Position numbers and translations under genes: made by a program. The notes beneath the pieces are model-generated. The model was not told where the DNA came from. It saw nothing but the letters and a program-made list of their open reading frames with translations, and made no database searches. A stretch of DNA of 60,528 nt from Patescibacteria group bacterium. GTDB lineage: Bacteria > Patescibacteriota > Minisyncoccia > Moranbacterales > GWC2-37-73. The stretch lies in assembly GCA_036391995.1 (NCBI GenBank), contig DASVYU010000034.1:1-60528 (forward strand), read 5' to 3'. Each line of letters begins with the position of its first letter. The first letter of the stretch is position 1. Positions 56,408 through 60,528 of this stretch are shown here, piece after piece.

Positions 56408-57430
56408 ATGAAACTGCAAAAAAAATCTTTAGATATCAGACAAAAACAAAAAAACATTCGTGATCTGAGTGGCATCAAAGCTGCGGCGTCTTCTTGCAAA
56501 TCGACGCTTTTTTCACGCGGCAGACGCAGTGAGGCTTTTTTCACTGAAGACTCGAAGCTTTATATAACCCCACGTGAGTACTCCTTGCTACGTCAAGGTG
56601 TTAAGCTTGATCGTGGAACTCACAAATGGGATAGTCTTAGTTCGCGTATCGAAAGGAATTTTCAGTATTATCAGCCGAGCAGGGCGAGCATTCTTTTGGA
56701 AGCCCTGGAAAAACGCAAGCAGCTTCTTGGTGAGTCTGTTTCCGAAGCCTCTCGAAATTTTGTCGGACAATTCACTTTGGTGCGACTTTGGAACATGTCG
56801 ATTGTTGGGGCAATCCTGTTTGGAATGGTGACGATGACGTTTGTCTACAAATATCTGGGACAGGGTGCCAGTGCGCAGCTGCGTACTGATGTAACGGAGC
56901 AGCAAGCTGAGCAGCAGATCGCTGCAATCCCTCAAGTGCTCGGAGTTGAAACAAGCAGCAATGACAAACAATCGACCCAAAATGTTTCCACAGCTTCAAA
57001 GGATACGGACCGAAAACAATTGGAGAAAGATATCCGTGCAATGCTGAAAGATTATCCGATGGAAAAGATGGCGCCCTACATTGCCAAATATGATCGCACT
57101 GTTGCTGCTTATATTGTCGGTATTGCTAAGCAAGAAAGCGGTTGGGGAGAACATCATCCCGTGCTGAATGGACAAGATTGCTACAATTACTGGGGCTATC
57201 GCGGCCAAAGGAAACTCATGGGTACAGGAGGGCACACTTGCTTCAATAGTCCTCAGGATGCCGTGGACACAGTGGCCAAGCGCATCCAATATCTTGTGGA
57301 GACAGAAGGACTCACGACTGCCAAACAATTGGTCATTTGGAAATGCGGCACTGAGTGCGCTGCTGACAAGAACGCTTCTAATTGGATTCAGAATGTCAAT
57401 GCTTATTCGCAGGAGCTGAGTGATAAGTGA
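56408..57430 (+). CDS. Membrane-anchored GH73/lysozyme-like protein, paralog 2
   Basis: TM; IAKQESGWG...YNYWGYR...CFNSP...WKCG. Confidence 0.7.
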   Translation: MKLQKKSLDIRQKQKNIRDLSGIKAAASSCKSTLFSRGRRSEAFFTEDSKLYITPREYSLLRQGVKLDRGTHKWDSLSSRIERNFQYYQPSRASILLEALEKRKQLLGESVSEASRNFVGQFTLVRLWNMSIVGAILFGMVTMTFVYKYLGQGASAQLRTDVTEQQAEQQIAAIPQVLGVETSSNDKQSTQNVSTASKDTDRKQLEKDIRAMLKDYPMEKMAPYIAKYDRTVAAYIVGIAKQESGWGEHHPVLNGQDCYNYWGYRGQRKLMGTGGHTCFNSPQDAVDTVAKRIQYLVETEGLTTAKQLVIWKCGTECAADKNASNWIQNVNAYSQELSDK

Positions 57431-57679
57431 TTCAAAAAAGCCAATGGAATTACCCCATAAATACTGCAAAAAAACAAATATATCTGAAAAAAAGCCTTAA
57501 ATTAAGGCTTTTTTTGATGCCGATGTGAGAAATAGTGATAAATAAAGGAAATAAAAGCCATAGGGTTTTGTAAAAATGTGGATAAGTGGTTTGACCCAAG
57601 GGGTTATTTTTGCTACCATAGAATGCGTGTCTTTAGTGAATAGTCCATTAAAGACATTTTAATTTTGTAAGTATACCTT

Positions 57680-58435
57680 ATGAGTGATCCCTTGTTACAT
57701 GGGGGAAAAAGGATTGCTGCGCTGGAAAATCAGGCGCGTCAAACCGTGTACGTTATCAAGCATAATCACGTTCTCTTCGCTTTGGTGTCTTTGACCATTC
57801 TGGCAGCACTGATGAGAGTATGGAACAGCCAACCGGTATTCTATGCGCATGCATATGGCGATGATGAAGCTGCTGGCAGTGCCGTACAATCGCCGCTCCT
57901 TACGCAGCCTAATTTATTCGATGGCAAACAGGGGCAAAAAAAGGACATGCCCATAAGCGTTCTGGCGGCAAAATCCGCTGCCCAGGAAGCTCAGCAACAG
58001 GCAGATTCTAATATGGGACAAAAGATTTCAGAGGTGGTCGGGGACACCCCCATCAAGGAAATGGTTCCTTATATAGAAAAAAGAGATTCTCGCGTAGCTG
58101 CTTTTTTGGTCGGAATAGCCAAAAAGGAAAGCAGTTTCGGTCTGGCCTCGCCGGCCAAGAATGGGCAGGATTGCTACAACTATTGGGGATTCAAAAGCTA
58201 TGCTGGACGCGGAGATGTGGCTGGAGGATATGCGTGCTTTGCAAGTCCTGAAGAAGCTGTGGAGAAGGTGGGTGACAGGATTCAAAAACTGACCCAAAAG
58301 AACATACTGACTCCTTCACGTATGGTTGACACCTGGAAGTGCGGCGGCAGCTGTGCAGGTGATCCAGGTGCTGACAGTTGGATTTCGACAGTATCACTCT
58401 ATTTCAATAAAATAGCTGATAGTAATAACGGCTAG
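57680..58435 (+). CDS. Membrane-anchored GH73/lysozyme-like protein, paralog 3
   Basis: TM; IAKKESSFG...YNYWGFK...CFASP...WKCG. Confidence 0.7.
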   Translation: MSDPLLHGGKRIAALENQARQTVYVIKHNHVLFALVSLTILAALMRVWNSQPVFYAHAYGDDEAAGSAVQSPLLTQPNLFDGKQGQKKDMPISVLAAKSAAQEAQQQADSNMGQKISEVVGDTPIKEMVPYIEKRDSRVAAFLVGIAKKESSFGLASPAKNGQDCYNYWGFKSYAGRGDVAGGYACFASPEEAVEKVGDRIQKLTQKNILTPSRMVDTWKCGGSCAGDPGADSWISTVSLYFNKIADSNNG

Positions 58436-58449
58436 CAGCATATGCAAAC

Positions 58450-58477
58450 AAAAGCGAGTCTTCCGGGCTCGCTTTTT
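58450..58477 (+). terminator. Intrinsic terminator
   Basis: AAAAGCGAGTC / GGCTCGCTTTT. Confidence 0.7.
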
Positions 58478-58512
58478 GTTATGCTTCAAGGGGTGTATAA
58501 TGGAGAAAATAT

Positions 58513-59445
58513 ATGACATGGATTCTGATTGCAAGCGGAGCCTATTTTTTGGGCGCTATCGCTAACATCCTGGATAAATTCTTGCTGGGTTCCAAACGCA
58601 TTTCATCAGCGGTAGTTTATGCTTTCTATGTAGGAATTTTTTCTTTGGCGGCTTTCATGTTTGCACCCTTTGGGCTCAAAATTCCTGCTGCTGACTTTTT
58701 GCTGCTTTGCCTGGTTGGAGGCGCTTTGTTTCTGTTGGGTATATTGCTGCTTTATTTTGCCATAGAGCGCGCTCAAGCCAGCAGGGTGGTGCCTGTGATT
58801 GGTGCTGTTATTCCTATTGTCACTTTTGCAATAGCTGCTGCCACAGGCATGGAGAGATTGCCAGCTATGGGCGTTGCAGGCGTCTTTTTGTTGATAATCG
58901 GTGGCTTGCTTATTTCATTTGATTTGCCATTCAAAATAGGCAAGAAGAAATTCTTCGCGGGCTTTCCTTTTGCTTTGTGGGCTGGAGTGTTTTTGGCGCT
59001 TTCATATATTGTTTTCAAATATGTTTCAGCGCATGAAAATTTCATTACCTGGTATGTGTGGACGCGTGTTGGCGGGGCTTTGGCTGTGGGCTTGTTTTTT
59101 CTTGTACCATCCTGGCGCAGCTCAATTTTGAAAAGTTTTACGCATGTTAAGGCTAAAAAAAATCGGCGCAAAGCATTTTCTACGGGGAGTATTTTTGTAG
59201 CTAATAAGATTGTGGGAGGTGCCAGCACTTTGATGCTTAATTACGCAATCGCTTTAGGTAGCGTTACTTTGCTCAATGCTATGGTTTCTTTGCAATATGT
59301 TTTCGTTTTTATTTTGGCTGTGGCGCTTTCGCATAGGAACAAAAAAATATTCGAAGAAAACCTTTATTTTTGGGATTGGGCGCAAAAGATCATGGCAATA
59401 GCTATCATAGGTGCAGGCGTTTTCTTGATATCAAATATTCAATAA
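58513..59445 (+). CDS. EamA/DMT-family membrane protein
   Basis: Ten-TM two-repeat pattern; ASRVVP; VTLLNAM. Confidence 0.85.
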   Translation: MTWILIASGAYFLGAIANILDKFLLGSKRISSAVVYAFYVGIFSLAAFMFAPFGLKIPAADFLLLCLVGGALFLLGILLLYFAIERAQASRVVPVIGAVIPIVTFAIAAATGMERLPAMGVAGVFLLIIGGLLISFDLPFKIGKKKFFAGFPFALWAGVFLALSYIVFKYVSAHENFITWYVWTRVGGALAVGLFFLVPSWRSSILKSFTHVKAKKNRRKAFSTGSIFVANKIVGGASTLMLNYAIALGSVTLLNAMVSLQYVFVFILAVALSHRNKKIFEENLYFWDWAQKIMAIAIIGAGVFLISNIQ

Positions 59446-59451
59446 ATAAAA

Positions 59452-60528
59452 ATGAAAAAGAAAAAACTGCAAATATTCAGCAAGGAAAAAAACCTAGCTG
59501 TCTTGCGCGTCATTGGGAAAATATTGGCTTGGGCGCTTGGTGTGGTTGTGGCAGTGGTAGTTGCATTGTTCATTTATGTCAATTTGCCTGTCAGTTCAGC
59601 TAGTGGCGCTGACGCGAAGCTAGGTGTGACATTTTCCTCGCGCTATGCGAGTGACATTGGGCTTGATTGGAAGCAGGCCTATGTCTCCATGTTGGATGAT
59701 CTCAAAGTGCGCAACATCCGCGTCCCTGTGTATTGGGATTTGGCAGAACCGGCGGAAGGGCAATATGATTTTTCCGACATTGACTGGCAATTGGAGCAAG
59801 CAAGGCAAAGAGATGCTAAGATTATTTTGGTGGTGGGAAGAAAAGTGCCACGCTGGCCGGAATGCTTTATTCCGAAATGGGCAGGTGATAATACGGATGT
59901 GCAACAGCAGAAACTCTTGGATTTTGAAGACGTGGTCATTCGTCGCTACAAAGATGGCCATCCTGAAATTGCTAACTGGCAGGTGGAAAACGAGCCTTTC
60001 TTGGATTTCGGAATATGTCCGACTGTCGATAATGCCAAACTTTTGGACGCGGAGATTGCCAAAGTGAAAAGCATCGACGCTAGCAAGCCGATTATTGTGA
60101 CTGATAGTGGTGAGCTGAGTCTTTGGCTGAATGCTGCCAATCGAGCGGATGTTTTCGGCACTACGATGTATCGCGAAGTATATTCTTCACGCCAGTTTTT
60201 TGGCAAACCGCTTGGACATTGGAATTATCCGATCGGACCGAATTTTTTCAAACTCAAGCAGCTTTTCATCAGGCTTTTTGCTCATCAGAACAACGCCATC
60301 GTAATCGAGCTGCAAGGCGAGCCTTGGGTGCAGGGTTGGACCACTTCAGCTCCGATCGACACTCAGCTGGCTTCCATGAATGCGGCCAAGCTTGCTGACA
60401 ATGTGCAATTCGCCAAAGAGACCGGCATGAAGGAAATATTTCTCTGGGGCGTGGAATGGTGGTACTGGATGAAAGTGCAGCAGAACAACCCAACCCTTTG
60501 GGAGCAAGCTAAAACGCTCTTTCAGCAG
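59452..60528 (+). CDS. Clan GH-A glycoside hydrolase (beta-galactosidase/GH42/GH5-like), membrane-anchored; truncated by the window end and not in ORF track
   Basis: Open frame MKKKKLQIFS...TM...IRVPVYWDLAEPAEGQYDF...WQVENEP. Confidence 0.82.
   Translation, partial: MKKKKLQIFSKEKNLAVLRVIGKILAWALGVVVAVVVALFIYVNLPVSSASGADAKLGVTFSSRYASDIGLDWKQAYVSMLDDLKVRNIRVPVYWDLAEPAEGQYDFSDIDWQLEQARQRDAKIILVVGRKVPRWPECFIPKWAGDNTDVQQQKLLDFEDVVIRRYKDGHPEIANWQVENEPFLDFGICPTVDNAKLLDAEIAKVKSIDASKPIIVTDSGELSLWLNAANRADVFGTTMYREVYSSRQFFGKPLGHWNYPIGPNFFKLKQLFIRLFAHQNNAIVIELQGEPWVQGWTTSAPIDTQLASMNAAKLADNVQFAKETGMKEIFLWGVEWWYWMKVQQNNPTLWEQAKTLFQQ

Noticed and set aside
57577-57585. Perfect DnaA box TGTGGATAA
   Set aside because: A single box with no cluster and no dnaA/dnaN in the window; not enough to call oriC.
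57629-57657. Leader hairpin TGTCTTTAG-TGAATAGTCCA-TTAAAGACA as a fifth GGGUGA motif
   Set aside because: It has AGTGA rather than GGGTGA and an alternative pairing; too weak to include.
347-60493. The many antisense or overlapping ORFs in the six-frame track (e.g. 48604-49314, 44925-45557, 41344-41991, 55485-56075)
   Set aside because: They shadow well-supported genes on the opposite strand or frame and have no motifs or expression signals.
1-60528. Alternative genetic code (TGA = Gly) as in some CPR lineages
   Set aside because: Well-conserved genes end at TGA at their expected C-termini (e.g. 13224, 16264, 36847, 47238), and none needs readthrough.

Overview
A 60.5-kb bacterial chromosome segment using the standard genetic code. 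The gene set and style suggest a CPR/Patescibacteria (Parcubacteria-like) organism; this is inference only. Housekeeping genes: rpoD, tRNA-Asn(GTT), msrA, rarA, purB, a dus-family gene, obgE, engB, typA and lgt. Other content: efflux/ABC operons, many surface glycan-active enzymes, a multicopper oxidase and small hypotheticals. Main unexplained structures: (1) two tandem mini integrative elements at the tRNA-Asn 3' end (about 1624-7397 and 7394-10632), where the apparent crossover (GCTC) lies inside the 3' end of each large serine recombinase gene, so integration would swap the recombinase C-terminal tail; both elements carry a homologous small protein, and one carries a peptide resembling the recombinase alpha-E helix; (2) a 32-bp palindrome (TCTCA-N5-TTGCAATTGCAA-N5-TGAGA) in five copies plus a variant, which brackets a PaaX/Cas2-fold gene and a TrmB-regulator island; (3) a promoter-proximal terminator-like hairpin with a GGG-UGA(N)G loop in four unrelated 5' leaders; (4) several 100-200 bp structured intergenic elements and REP-like palindromes, one apparently inserted in-frame in a gene; (5) three paralogous membrane-anchored GH73/lysozyme-like proteins; (6) a poly-A frameshift; and (7) four small ORFs missed by the ORF track. 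No CRISPR array or prophage is supported. Family names come from manual motif recognition, not database searches.
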